A stretch of 64,000 bases of DNA from Sporomusaceae bacterium (GTDB lineage: Bacteria > Bacillota > Negativicutes > UBA1444). Each line of letters begins with the position of its first letter. Position 1 is the stretch's first letter. The translations under genes and the position numbers were made by a program. The stretch covers positions 567 through 64,566 of the forward strand of contig JAHDPL010000031.1 of assembly GCA_018434355.1 (NCBI GenBank). Reading direction: 5' to 3'. Below the pieces are notes generated by a model that saw only the letters and a program-made list of their open reading frames with translations, was not told the origin of the DNA and made no database searches. Of this stretch, positions 28,925 to 38,207 are shown in pieces.

Positions 28925-29221
28925 TTATAGTTTGACTTCCTCGCCCTGATAAATCGTGAGCACGTTTTTGCCGGACAGCAGCTCGCGCGACTGCTTGCGC
29001 CACTCGGCGATGTGCGGCGCGGCGGCGTGCTTCTGCAGCGAAGCCAGGTCGGTCCACTCCTCGACAAACATGCAACCGCCCGGATCGTAAGGGTTGTCGA
29101 GCAGCACATAGCTGACGCAACCTTCCTCCTTGCGCGTGGTTTCGATCACCGGTTTCGCCAGTTCCAGCAGTTCCTGTTTTTTCTCCGGTATTACCGAGAC
29201 TTTGGCCATGACAACAATCAT
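28925..29221 (-). CDS. ABM (antibiotic-biosynthesis-monooxygenase-like) domain protein
   Basis: 98 aa with a ferredoxin-like ABM pattern (VSYVLLDNPYDPGGCMFVEEWTDLASLQKHAAAPH). Confidence 0.7.
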   Translation of the reverse strand: MIVVMAKVSVIPEKKQELLELAKPVIETTRKEEGCVSYVLLDNPYDPGGCMFVEEWTDLASLQKHAAAPHIAEWRKQSRELLSGKNVLTIYQGEEVKL

Positions 29222-29427
29222 CGGGACCCCTCCTCAAATGTTTTGTGGATGCTCAAAAGCTTCGCCGCCAAGCCGGGGTTCTCCTGCTCGGATTATGGCG
29301 CTGCGAACGATTTCAACCTGGAAAAGGAAAATAAAGAAATATCGCCAGCAAACCATCACGCAAAGCGCAATTATTGGTATAATGCAAAATATGTAGCAAC
29401 GCCGGAAAAATCGGAAGGGGCAAAAGC

Positions 29428-30633
29428 ATGGACTTATTAAAACTGTTGGCGGTATTCTGTTTGATCATCGCCGTGATCAAGCTAAAAAAACCGCTGTATG
29501 TGTCGATTGCAGCGGGAATTGCAGGGACAAGCATCCTCTATGACATCGGTATTTTGCAAACACTAAAAATCATCAGCGCATCCAGCATCAGCCCGGTGAC
29601 GATCAGCTTGGTCCTGGCGTTCTATTCGATTACGTTTTTGCAGCGAATGCTGGAAAAACGAGAACAATTGGTTCTGGCCGAAATGTCGTTAAGCGGCATT
29701 TTCAACAGCCGGCGCGTCAACGCGATGATGGCGCCGTTTATCATCGGACTGTTGCCGTCGGCGGGCGCGGTGCTGATCGCCTGCCCGATCGTCGATAATG
29801 CCGGCGGCGAGCATATCAGCAAAGAAGACAAGACGTTCATCACCAGCTACTATCGCCATATCTCGGAAGCTTTTTTGCCGACGTACGCGTCGATCATCCT
29901 GGCGCTGCAGTTGTCGGGTGTCGATATGACAGCGTTTGTGGTGAGCATGCTGCCGATGGCGCTAGTGCTGTTTGTTTTGGGCTACATCTTTTATGTGCGG
30001 AAAATTCCGGCGGAAACCGGGCTGCCGGATTCGGACGATAAAATACGCGACCTGAACAATCTGGCGCGCAGTATTTGGACAATTTTGGCGGCGATCTTCA
30101 TTATCCTGGTATTCAAGATTCCGGTGCATATTGCGGTGGCGATGATCATCGTGCTCAACTTTATCGTGGACAAGTTCTCCTGGCGTGAAGTGCGGCCGAT
30201 GTTTGTCAGTGCGTTTGAAGCTAAACTGATCCTGAGCACGGTGGTTGTCATGATGTTTAAGGATGTGCTGACGTATACCGGCGTGATCGACCGTTTGCCG
30301 GCCGTGTTTGCCGTACTGCCGGTGCCGACTGTGGTCGTGTTTTCGCTGGTTTTCCTGGTGGGAACAATCATTGCCGGCGCGACGGCGATCATCGCCCTGG
30401 GGATTCCGCTGGCGTTCGCCGCGATGCCCGGCGGCGGCGTAGCGTTGCTGGTCCTGCTAATGTGCATGATCTATATCGCGATGCAGGTGTCGCCGGCGCA
30501 TATCTGCCTGGCGATCGTCACCGAACGGTTTGAAACCTCGTTCCTGGATCTGGTCAAACGGACGATTCCCATCATGATTCTGTTTCTGGTGATTATTTCA
30601 GGGTACAGTTTCGCCCTGTTTTTGCTGCAATGA
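29428..30633 (+). CDS. Polytopic integral membrane protein, putative transporter (possibly DUF401-like)
   Basis: 401 aa, about 10 hydrophobic segments, GGAAGGGG RBS, extended -10 TGGTATAAT at 29375-29383. Family not recognised with certainty. Confidence 0.6.
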   Translation: MDLLKLLAVFCLIIAVIKLKKPLYVSIAAGIAGTSILYDIGILQTLKIISASSISPVTISLVLAFYSITFLQRMLEKREQLVLAEMSLSGIFNSRRVNAMMAPFIIGLLPSAGAVLIACPIVDNAGGEHISKEDKTFITSYYRHISEAFLPTYASIILALQLSGVDMTAFVVSMLPMALVLFVLGYIFYVRKIPAETGLPDSDDKIRDLNNLARSIWTILAAIFIILVFKIPVHIAVAMIIVLNFIVDKFSWREVRPMFVSAFEAKLILSTVVVMMFKDVLTYTGVIDRLPAVFAVLPVPTVVVFSLVFLVGTIIAGATAIIALGIPLAFAAMPGGGVALLVLLMCMIYIAMQVSPAHICLAIVTERFETSFLDLVKRTIPIMILFLVIISGYSFALFLLQ

Positions 30634-30665
30634 TTCCCGCAGCCCAATGGATATGCGGCTTGCGA

Positions 30666-30697
30666 GACGGGTTCGATTGAATCGAACCCGTCGTTTT
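30666..30697 (+). terminator. Rho-independent terminator
   Basis: GACGGGTTCGATT-G-AATCGAACCCGTC followed by GTTTT. Confidence 0.8.
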
Positions 30698-30887
30698 AAT
30701 TATAAGCACCGATAGCCTTTCAGGGCTCTTTTTCTGTGCTACTATATAAACACAAGGAAGCAATGCAGACGGAACGTTTGTATTGCCGCTACAGGATGGA
30801 CGGTTGGGAGTCTTTGTGAAATTGTTTGAAATGCAAAGGAAATCGAGTATTTGTGACTGAATTAATACGAAGAGGGGAAATGAACGG

Positions 30888-31661
30888 ATGAAATACTACG
30901 TTGTAGATGCTTTTGCAGAAAAAATCTTTGAGGGAAATCCTGCCGGTGTCTGTGTTTTGGAAAAGTGGCTTTCGGATGAACTCATGCAGAAAATAGCAAT
31001 GGAAAACAATCTTTCGGAAACGGCTTTTACAGTTAAGGAAAACGACAGCTACCGTCTGCGGTGGTTCACTCCGGGAGGGGAGATTGATCTCTGCGGTCAT
31101 GCGACCTTGGCAACCGCATTTGTGCTGGCGAATTTTGTTGAACCGGATTCCACCGAATTTGTTTTCGAAACGCATAGCGGGAAATTGAACGTAATGCGCA
31201 AAAACGAATTATACGAGATGGATTTTCCCGCCTACCAGTTATCGCCTGTGCGTGTAACTGATGAGATGACAGAAGCGATCGGTGCGCGCCCGGTAGAAGC
31301 TTGGCTGGCCAGAGACCTGGTTTGTGTAATGGCGGAAGAAGCGCAAGTGCTTCTGGCGCAGCCTGACCCGGCAAAACTTAAAAAGCTTGATGGTCTGCTG
31401 CTGCACTTGACGGCAAAAGGGACAGAATATGATTGCGTTACCCGCAGCTTTGCTCCCAAGCTAGGCGTGGAAGAAGATCCGGTTTGCGGTTCCGGTCATT
31501 GTCATGTAATACCGCTATGGGCGAAGAAATTGGCGAAAAGCACGCTGGTAGCCCGTCAGGCCTCCCGCCGCGGCGGCACGCTGTATTGTCAGGATTGCGG
31601 TGAACTGGTAAAACTGTCTGGCAAAGCCGTTCTCTACGCAACAGCAGAACTCCATTGCTAA
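30888..31661 (+). CDS. PhzF-family isomerase/epimerase-like protein
   Basis: MKYYVVDAFAEKIFEGNPAGVCVL...NLSETAF...CGHATLA is typical PhzF. Confidence 0.8.
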   Translation: MKYYVVDAFAEKIFEGNPAGVCVLEKWLSDELMQKIAMENNLSETAFTVKENDSYRLRWFTPGGEIDLCGHATLATAFVLANFVEPDSTEFVFETHSGKLNVMRKNELYEMDFPAYQLSPVRVTDEMTEAIGARPVEAWLARDLVCVMAEEAQVLLAQPDPAKLKKLDGLLLHLTAKGTEYDCVTRSFAPKLGVEEDPVCGSGHCHVIPLWAKKLAKSTLVARQASRRGGTLYCQDCGELVKLSGKAVLYATAELHC

Positions 31662-31686
31662 GATAATCAGGAAAGGAAAGCAAGCA

Positions 31687-32313
31687 ATGACGAAAGTCTC
31701 ATTTATCCCGCATTTGCCGGGCGGAATTGTCACCCCGGAGCTGTTGAGAAAAATTGCGGCGGTGGCGGAAAAATACCAAGGCCGGCTGCGTATCGCCGGC
31801 AACAGTGTCATCATTGCCGGACTGACGTTGGCTGATAGCGATCAGGTCGCGGCTGAATTGGGCGTCCCGGGGGAATCGCATATTGCCAGCTCTGTGCGTG
31901 CCGTCACCTTTTGCCCCGGCAAACCTGACTGTGCAAGGGGCTTGGCTGAAAGCAGCCGCTTGGGACTGGAACTGGACGAGGAGTTCTGGCGGCAGGAAGT
32001 GCCGGCTAAACTTCGTATCGGGGTCAGCGGCTGTCCTAACTGCTGTGCGGAAGTTTTTGTAAAGGATATCGGCTTATATGCCACGGCCAAAGGCTACAGG
32101 CTGCTCGTTGGCGGCAACTCCGGGCATAAAGCGCAAATCGGCAGAATGATTGCTGAAAACCTGGCTCACGAGAAGGTTGCCCCGGCTATCCGGCTCGTGC
32201 TGGATTTTTACCGCAATAACGGTGAAAACAGGGAAAGATTGGGACAGACCATTAACCGGGTGGGTTGGGAGGTTTTTCTGCAAGAAACGGTGCCCAAACT
32301 AAACGCCCTATAA
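31687..32313 (+). CDS. Small nitrite/sulfite-reductase-like protein (siroheme/[4Fe-4S] motif)
   Basis: C-x5-C (FCPGKPDC) and GCPNCC cluster motifs of the NIR_SIR fold. Only 208 aa. Confidence 0.65.
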   Translation: MTKVSFIPHLPGGIVTPELLRKIAAVAEKYQGRLRIAGNSVIIAGLTLADSDQVAAELGVPGESHIASSVRAVTFCPGKPDCARGLAESSRLGLELDEEFWRQEVPAKLRIGVSGCPNCCAEVFVKDIGLYATAKGYRLLVGGNSGHKAQIGRMIAENLAHEKVAPAIRLVLDFYRNNGENRERLGQTINRVGWEVFLQETVPKLNAL

Positions 32314-32363
32314 TTATGCGGCGCGGAAAAGAATGCTGAAAAAATGACGAAAGAAGGGATAAC

Positions 32364-33884
32364 ATGACTTACAGTCCGAACCTGGCCTCGGCGTTCAATG
32401 AAACCCGGATGCGCAGCGACAAAACGACTCCCTGCTCCGGCATGTGCTCGCTGTGCAGCGCCGACTGTGCGGGGACCTGTGAAATCGGCCTGTCTGCGGT
32501 GCTCGGCAAATCGATTGTCTATCCGACCAACACCGGCAATAACCAGGTGGCGGGGGAAAAAGACTATCCGATCGATTACTCCCATTTCAACATCAACGGT
32601 CGTGCTTTCGGCGCCGTAGGCTGCCCGGCGGACAGCGAGCAGGCCACGATATATGGCGTGGGCCTTGGCACTAGCATCGGCCGTCGCAATCCGGTCAAGC
32701 TACTGTTGCCGATTATCTTGCCGGCCTTGATCAAGCTGAACTGGCCAGACTATTTCGCCGCCGCCGCGATGGCCGGCGTCTGCTGCGTGATTGGCGAGAA
32801 TGCGCCAAGTAAAGACCCGGACCTGCAGCTGGACGCCGAGGGGAAAATCGTGCGGTTTGCCAAGCTGAAAGAGATGAAAGCTGCATTCAGCCGCTACGAC
32901 CGGGGCTATGGGCAGATTGTTCTTCAGTGCAATCTGGAGGACCTGGCGATGGGTCTGGCGGAATATGCGTTGACGGAATGCGGGTTTACGGCGATTGAGT
33001 TTAAGTTCGGCCAGTCGGCCAAAGGGACGCAACCGGCAGTGCGGATCGGCAGTCTGCAGGATGCTCTGGCGAAAAAGAAATCCGGCCTGCTCGTGCAGCC
33101 GGACCCGGAAGACCCTGAAATCGTCAAGTTGTATGAAAAGCGGGCTTGTCCGGAGTTCTGGAGTTATGGCCGCTTGCCGATGTGGACGGAAGAGTCGCTG
33201 CGGCAGCGCATTGAGTCCTTGCGCGCGCTGGGGCTGAAGAATGTGTTTTTCAAAATGGCCGGCTTCGATCGCCGCGACCTGGAAGAGGTGCTGCGCCTGG
33301 CCGCTGTGCTGGACGTGGACCTGGTCACTTTTGACGGGGCGGGTGGCGGGTCCGGCTATAGTCCGAACAAGATGATGAACGAATGGGGCCTGCCTGCGGT
33401 GTGTATCGAAAGCGTCCTGCCGGAAATCTGTGGGCGACTGGAACGGTCCGGGCTGGTGCTGCCGGACATCGCGATCACCGGCGGCATCAGTAGCGAAGAC
33501 CAGGTGTTCAAAGCGCTGGCCATCGGGGCGCCTTATGTGAAACTGGTCGGCCTTTGTCGGGCGGCGATGGCGGCGGCGATGGTCGGCGAAAAAGTCGGAC
33601 AGCTGCTGGCAAGCGGTACGGTGCCCAAACATCTAGTACGGTTTGGCGAGACCAGGGAAGCATTATTTCGGCATCTGCCGGAATTGAGGGGCATTTACGG
33701 CGAAGAAGCCGGCAAGATGTCCGCCGGAGCGATCGGCTGCTACTCTTTCCTGCAGAAAATCGCCTTCGGTCTGCGGCATTTCGCGGCGCTGAACCGCAAG
33801 TTTGACGTGAAGTACATCGACCGGCAAGATGTGATTCCGATGACCAGGGACGCGAAGGATATCCTGAACGGGACCTGGTATTAG
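32364..33884 (+). CDS. FMN-binding glutamate-synthase-related (GltB domain 2-like) protein with an N-terminal Cys cluster
   Basis: CSGMCSLCSADCAGTCEIG cluster. FDGAGGGSGYSP and ITGGISSEDQVFKALAIGA are typical of the GltS FMN domain. Confidence 0.75.
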   Translation: MTYSPNLASAFNETRMRSDKTTPCSGMCSLCSADCAGTCEIGLSAVLGKSIVYPTNTGNNQVAGEKDYPIDYSHFNINGRAFGAVGCPADSEQATIYGVGLGTSIGRRNPVKLLLPIILPALIKLNWPDYFAAAAMAGVCCVIGENAPSKDPDLQLDAEGKIVRFAKLKEMKAAFSRYDRGYGQIVLQCNLEDLAMGLAEYALTECGFTAIEFKFGQSAKGTQPAVRIGSLQDALAKKKSGLLVQPDPEDPEIVKLYEKRACPEFWSYGRLPMWTEESLRQRIESLRALGLKNVFFKMAGFDRRDLEEVLRLAAVLDVDLVTFDGAGGGSGYSPNKMMNEWGLPAVCIESVLPEICGRLERSGLVLPDIAITGGISSEDQVFKALAIGAPYVKLVGLCRAAMAAAMVGEKVGQLLASGTVPKHLVRFGETREALFRHLPELRGIYGEEAGKMSAGAIGCYSFLQKIAFGLRHFAALNRKFDVKYIDRQDVIPMTRDAKDILNGTWY

Positions 33885-33987
33885 CGGCGAGGCGGCAGCG
33901 CTTGTTGTCGAACAAAAAAAGCTTGCCGAAAAAAACCGCATATGATAGGATAACTCCAACATAATAAAACCAACAGGTTGGCGGCGT

Positions 33988-34025
33988 GGCCTATGAGTGC
34001 AAATTTGCATTCATAGGCCTTTTTG
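33988..34025 (+). terminator. Rho-independent terminator
   Basis: GGCCTATGAGTGCAAA/TTTGCATTCATAGGCC inverted repeat followed by TTTTT. Confidence 0.8.
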
Positions 34026-34100
34026 ATGTTAAGGAGGTGAACTGACTTTCTGTGAACCGGCGTGTAATAGAAATCGTTTAAATTAAAGGAGAGTGTATTT

Positions 34101-35417
34101 ATGCTTCATTCGATTTCGAGGTTCTTTGTAAAGTTAGTTCAACGCTATTTGCCGGATGCATACCTATTTGCGATCTTGTTGACATTTGCCGCGTTTTTGA
34201 TGGCCTGGAGTTTAACTGGAAAGACGTTCATGGCGCTGATAAAAATGTGGGGCGATGGTCTGTGGGGAATCCTAGCCTTTGCCATGCAAATGATTTTAAT
34301 TTTGGTGACAGGCCATTGTTTGGCAAGTAGCCGACCTGTCAAAAAGCTGCTGAGTTCATTGGCGTCTCTGCCGAAAAACACTTCCCAGGCCGTCATGTTG
34401 ACTTCATTCGTGAGTGGGCTCGCTTATTATCTGAACTGGGGGTTCGGGCTGATCGTCGCCGCCTTCTTTGCCCGCGAAATGGCTCGCAAAGTCAAGAACA
34501 TGGACTACGGTCTGGTTGTTGCGGCAGGCTACTCGGCTTATGTTTGCTGGCACGGCGGAATTTCGGGTTCGATTCCTCTTTCATTGGCAACAAAAGGGCA
34601 TGTTGTTGAGAAACTGACTGGCATTATTCCTGTGTCCCAGACGATCTTCACCTATTGGAATCTGATTATTGTCTGGACCTTGATTCTTACCGTTCCTTTG
34701 CTGATGAAACTGATGGTTCCGCATCCCGATGAAGTTAGGGTCGCTGACCCGGAAGCGCTGGTTGACCCGGAAGAAATTACGCCGCCAGCAAAACACACTC
34801 CGGCAACGTGGTTGGAAAACAGCGTTGCCATCAATATAATTTTTGGCCTGATGGGCGTGGCGTACATATTCAATTTTTTTGCGACTAATGGCTTTAACCT
34901 GACGTTAAACATCGTGATCTTCATATTTTTTATTGCCGGCGTTTTGTTCCACATGACCCCGATCAATTATGTCCGTGCGATGAATGAGGCGATAAAGGGC
35001 GCCGGCGGCATTGCACTTCAATTTCCGCTGTACGGCGGCATTCAGGGAATCATGGTTTCCTCCGGACTGGCGGTTATGATTGCAAACTGGTTCATTTCCT
35101 TCTCCACGCCGGCCACTTTCCCGCTATTCACTTTTTTGGCGGGCGGCGTAATCAATATGTTCATTCCATCCGGTGGCGGGCAATGGGTCGTGCAGGGTCC
35201 GATCAACATCCCGGCGGGAATTGCGCTGGGAGTTGATCCTGCCAAGGTCGCCATGAGCATTGCCTATGGAGATATGTGGACAAATATGATTCAACCATTT
35301 TGGGCGTTGCCGCTTTTGGGAATAGCAAAGCTAGGCGTGCGTGATATTATGGGATATTGCACAATTACGCTGATTTGGAGCGGGATTGTAATCTCGCTGG
35401 GACTGTTGATTCTGTAG
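34101..35417 (+). CDS. atoE: Short-chain fatty acid transporter (AtoE family), copy 1
   Basis: AtoE-type sequence (RYLPDAYLFAILLTF, WGDGLWGILAFAMQMILILVTGH). AAGGAGAG RBS. Paralogue of 49776-51095. Confidence 0.85.
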   Translation: MLHSISRFFVKLVQRYLPDAYLFAILLTFAAFLMAWSLTGKTFMALIKMWGDGLWGILAFAMQMILILVTGHCLASSRPVKKLLSSLASLPKNTSQAVMLTSFVSGLAYYLNWGFGLIVAAFFAREMARKVKNMDYGLVVAAGYSAYVCWHGGISGSIPLSLATKGHVVEKLTGIIPVSQTIFTYWNLIIVWTLILTVPLLMKLMVPHPDEVRVADPEALVDPEEITPPAKHTPATWLENSVAINIIFGLMGVAYIFNFFATNGFNLTLNIVIFIFFIAGVLFHMTPINYVRAMNEAIKGAGGIALQFPLYGGIQGIMVSSGLAVMIANWFISFSTPATFPLFTFLAGGVINMFIPSGGGQWVVQGPINIPAGIALGVDPAKVAMSIAYGDMWTNMIQPFWALPLLGIAKLGVRDIMGYCTITLIWSGIVISLGLLIL

Positions 35418-35444
35418 AAGCGGCGAAATTTCAATACCAACCAA

Positions 35445-35491
35445 AACAGGGGCTGCGGATACTTTTTGAAAAGTTATCCACAGCCCCTGTT
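35445..35491. terminator. Bidirectional terminator between convergent genes
   Basis: AACAGGGGCTGCGGATA...TATCCACAGCCCCTGTT, 17-nt arms. T-run on the minus-strand side. Confidence 0.8.
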
Positions 35492-35520
35492 AATATGTGC
35501 ATTATTCTGTCGCGTTCGAG

Positions 35521-36516
35521 TTACTGTTGCGGCGCGATCATTTTCTCGATCTCGATCGACTTTTTCAGCATGCCGTTCTGCAGCAGGAAGTCCTGTGTCC
35601 GTTTCAGTTCGGCGATATCGGACGGCTTAATCGTCGGCGAGAAGTCGTACATCGGCAGTATCAGTTTGACTGTCTCGACCGGCAGGCCGGTTTCGGCGGC
35701 AGTCATCGCCAGCACTTCGTCAGGCTTGCTGCGCATATGCTCGATGGAGGCGCTGTGCGTATTCAGGAAGCGTTTCACCAGGTCCGGGTGTTTTTGCAAA
35801 AACTCGCCCCGCACGGCGGTGACGATCGTCGCCTCGACCAGGCCTTCGCCGGTGGTCAGGACCCGGGCACCGGCCTTCTCGGCGCGAATCGCATCCGGAC
35901 CGGCCGACAGGGCCGCATCGACGCTGCCGTTCATCAGGGCGGCGGCGGAACTGGGCAGATCCATTGATACGAACTGGATATCATCCGGTTTTAAACCCTC
36001 CTTGGCCAAGGCGGCCAAAATCAGCTGATGCAGGATGGTTCCCTTGGGGCCGGCGACTTTCTTTCCTTTCAAGTCGCTGACTTTTTGGATTTTATCGCCT
36101 TTGGTCAGCACGACGAACGCTTTGGGGGCGCGGCTGTAAATCGCGATGATTTTCAAATCGACGCCGTTGGCGGCGGCCAGAATCGCCGAAGTGCCGCCGA
36201 GGGCATGCGCGAAGTCCAGCGAACCGGCAGCCATCGCTTCGGTTTGTTTGGAACCGACGGTGATTTCCGGGTACTGCACGGCGATCTTGTCTTTGGCGAA
36301 TTCTTTTTCCAGCAGGCCGAGTTTCTTTTCGACGATCGACGGTACATTTAGCGGTGCTTTGACATAGGTCAGGCTAATCGACTTGGGGTTCGCGGCAGCC
36401 GGCTTGGCCGGCGCGGCAGGCGAGGCCGGAGCCGCAGGCGCGGAACCGCAACCGGCGGCAAAGGCGAACAGCAGCAGCGTCAATAGCCCGGTGAGAAGTT
36501 TGATCGTTTTGTTCAT
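35521..36516 (-). CDS. NitT/TauT-family (SsuA/TauA/NMT1-like) ABC substrate-binding lipoprotein
   Basis: ATG 36516 has a GGAGGTG RBS. Lipobox AAGCGS. The 5' part of the track ORF (to 36804) is out-of-frame overlap with the ATPase gene. Confidence 0.8.
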   Translation of the reverse strand: MNKTIKLLTGLLTLLLFAFAAGCGSAPAAPASPAAPAKPAAANPKSISLTYVKAPLNVPSIVEKKLGLLEKEFAKDKIAVQYPEITVGSKQTEAMAAGSLDFAHALGGTSAILAAANGVDLKIIAIYSRAPKAFVVLTKGDKIQKVSDLKGKKVAGPKGTILHQLILAALAKEGLKPDDIQFVSMDLPSSAAALMNGSVDAALSAGPDAIRAEKAGARVLTTGEGLVEATIVTAVRGEFLQKHPDLVKRFLNTHSASIEHMRSKPDEVLAMTAAETGLPVETVKLILPMYDFSPTIKPSDIAELKRTQDFLLQNGMLKKSIEIEKMIAPQQ

Positions 36517-36541
36517 TCGGAACACCTCCATTGTTGTTATG

Positions 36542-37291
36542 CTAGTTTTCCAGCGCCGCCAGGATTTCCTGTTGCCGCGCGAGCAGGGACGGATCGGTGG
36601 CCTGGCGGGGATAGGGATTGTCGATCGGCACCTCGCGCACGATTTGACCGGCTTCCATGACCAATACTTTCTGACCCAGAAAGACGGCCTCAGTGACATC
36701 GTGGGTGACGAACACGATGGTTTTGTGCTGGCTGAGGAACAGATCGACCAGTTCGCGTTGCAGTTTCTTGCGAGTGAAGTAATCGAGCGCGCCGAACGGC
36801 TCATCCATCAGGATCAGGTCGGGGTCGTAGCAAAGCGTGCGACCGAGCGAGACGCGCTGGGCCATGCCGCCGGACAGTTGCGAAGGATAGGCGTCGCGAA
36901 AGCCGGTCAGTCCCAGTTGTTCAAGCGTGCCAGTCACCTGCCGGTCGACCAGCGTCCGGTCCGGTTGCTTATCAAGTGCGAACGCCATGTTCTCGTAGAC
37001 AGTCAGCCAGGGCATCAAGCGAGGTTCCTGGAAGACAACGCCTACTTTGACGTCAGCGCCGCCGCTTCCGTCTCCAAGCCATTCGATGCTGCCGGCCGAT
37101 TTTTGCTCCAGGCCGCTGAGCAGCCGGAGCAGCGTTGTCTTGCCGCAGCCGCTGCGACCGACGATGACGGTGAAGCTGCCCGGCTCGATGGTGGTGGTGA
37201 CGTTGTCGACCGCTTCCAGTGGTTGTCCGGCCACCTGGTATTGTTTGGACAGTTGCGTCAGTTTAACCCCGGCCATAATCGGTCGATTCAC
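36542..37291 (-). CDS. NitT/TauT-family ABC ATPase (SsuB/TauB-like)
   Basis: GRSGCGKTT, LSGGMAQRVSLGRTL, LILMDEPFGALD. Confidence 0.85.
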   Translation of the reverse strand: MNRPIMAGVKLTQLSKQYQVAGQPLEAVDNVTTTIEPGSFTVIVGRSGCGKTTLLRLLSGLEQKSAGSIEWLGDGSGGADVKVGVVFQEPRLMPWLTVYENMAFALDKQPDRTLVDRQVTGTLEQLGLTGFRDAYPSQLSGGMAQRVSLGRTLCYDPDLILMDEPFGALDYFTRKKLQRELVDLFLSQHKTIVFVTHDVTEAVFLGQKVLVMEAGQIVREVPIDNPYPRQATDPSLLARQQEILAALEN

Positions 37292-38042
37292 CCACCTTCC
37301 AGGGAATCAGTCGCTGGGTCAGGGCAAAGAACAGCAGGTCGATCAGCGTTCCCATCACGCCGATCGTCAGGATGCCGATGATCACGAGGTCGGGTCGCGA
37401 CAGTTGCTGGGCGTCCAAAATCATGTAGCCGATGCCGGACGAGGCGGCGATCAGCTCTGCGCCGACCAGCGCCCGCCAGCTGTAGCCGAGGCCCAGTCGC
37501 AGGCCGACCATCACCGAGGGCAGCGACGCCGGTAACACGACCCGGCGGAAGATTTCACGCCGGGTCAGGCCGAACGAACGGGCGACCTCGACCAGTTTGC
37601 CGTCGCAACTGGCGACGCCGTGCAATGTGTTGAAAAAAATCGGAAAGAAGGTGGCCATGACCACGATCATCAGTTTTGGCAGCTCGCCGATACCGAACCA
37701 CAGGATAAGCATCGGGATCGTCGCCAGCGGCGGGATGTGCCTGAGCGCTTCCAATGTGATGTCAAAATAGGCCGACAGCCGCGAGAACATGCCAAGCAGC
37801 ACCGCCAGCGGAAACGCCAGCAGAAAAGCGGCGCAAAATCCGACAAACACCCGGTAGACGCTGGTGAGCAGATGCTTGGCCAGGCTGCCGTCGCTGCTGA
37901 TCTGCCAGAAGGCGGCGGCCACTTCGGCCGGCGGCGGGATGATATAGCTATTCCAGAGCGAAAAGTGCGAGCCGGCCAGCCAGGCCAGGCCGAGTACTGC
38001 CGGGATATATAGACCCTTGAGGGTATTTGCCGCACCGTTCAT
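37263..38042 (-). CDS. NitT/TauT-family ABC permease (SsuC/TauC-like)
   Basis: Six-TM BPD-type permease. ATG 38042 (MNGAANTLKG...) follows GGAAGGAG; the track ORF extends to 38108 across the leader terminator. Confidence 0.8.
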   Translation of the reverse strand: MNGAANTLKGLYIPAVLGLAWLAGSHFSLWNSYIIPPPAEVAAAFWQISSDGSLAKHLLTSVYRVFVGFCAAFLLAFPLAVLLGMFSRLSAYFDITLEALRHIPPLATIPMLILWFGIGELPKLMIVVMATFFPIFFNTLHGVASCDGKLVEVARSFGLTRREIFRRVVLPASLPSVMVGLRLGLGYSWRALVGAELIAASSGIGYMILDAQQLSRPDLVIIGILTIGVMGTLIDLLFFALTQRLIPWKVGESTDYGRG

Positions 38043-38077
38043 CGGGTTGCCGTCACTCCTTCCTGCCGTAATGCCGC

Positions 38078-38115
38078 AAAAAAATCTGCTTTGCGCTGAA
38101 AAACGCAAAGCAGAT
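38078..38115 (-). terminator. Leader terminator immediately upstream of the NitT/TauT-type ABC operon
   Basis: Minus strand: ATCTGCTTTGCG-TTTTTCAG-CGCAAAGCAGAT followed by TTTTTTT, about 35 nt before the permease ATG. Confidence 0.75.
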
Positions 38116-38207
38116 GGACTTCATGACACAATCGAGACAGTATGCGTCATAATGCACATCCCTTGGCGTCAGGCTAGGGCCCTGTTCCGCAGGTTGATTA
38201 TGTGAAT

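Noticed and set aside
38150-38200. GCTAGGGCCCTGTTCCGCAGG, which resembles the CUAGGGUUCCG core of the guanidine-I (ykkC) riboswitch. That riboswitch often controls NitT/TauT-type ABC transporters.
   Set aside because: The match is on the plus strand, antisense to the operon it would have to control. The remaining ykkC elements (GGUCCGAGAG, ACACGG...GGGA) are absent.
38043-38200. The idea that the NitT/TauT-type operon leader is a TPP (THI-box) or purine riboswitch.
   Set aside because: AACCUG and CAUAAUC resemble fragments of those aptamers. However, the CUGAGA box of TPP and the UUUCUACC junction of purine aptamers are missing, and the leader is too short for a full THI-box.
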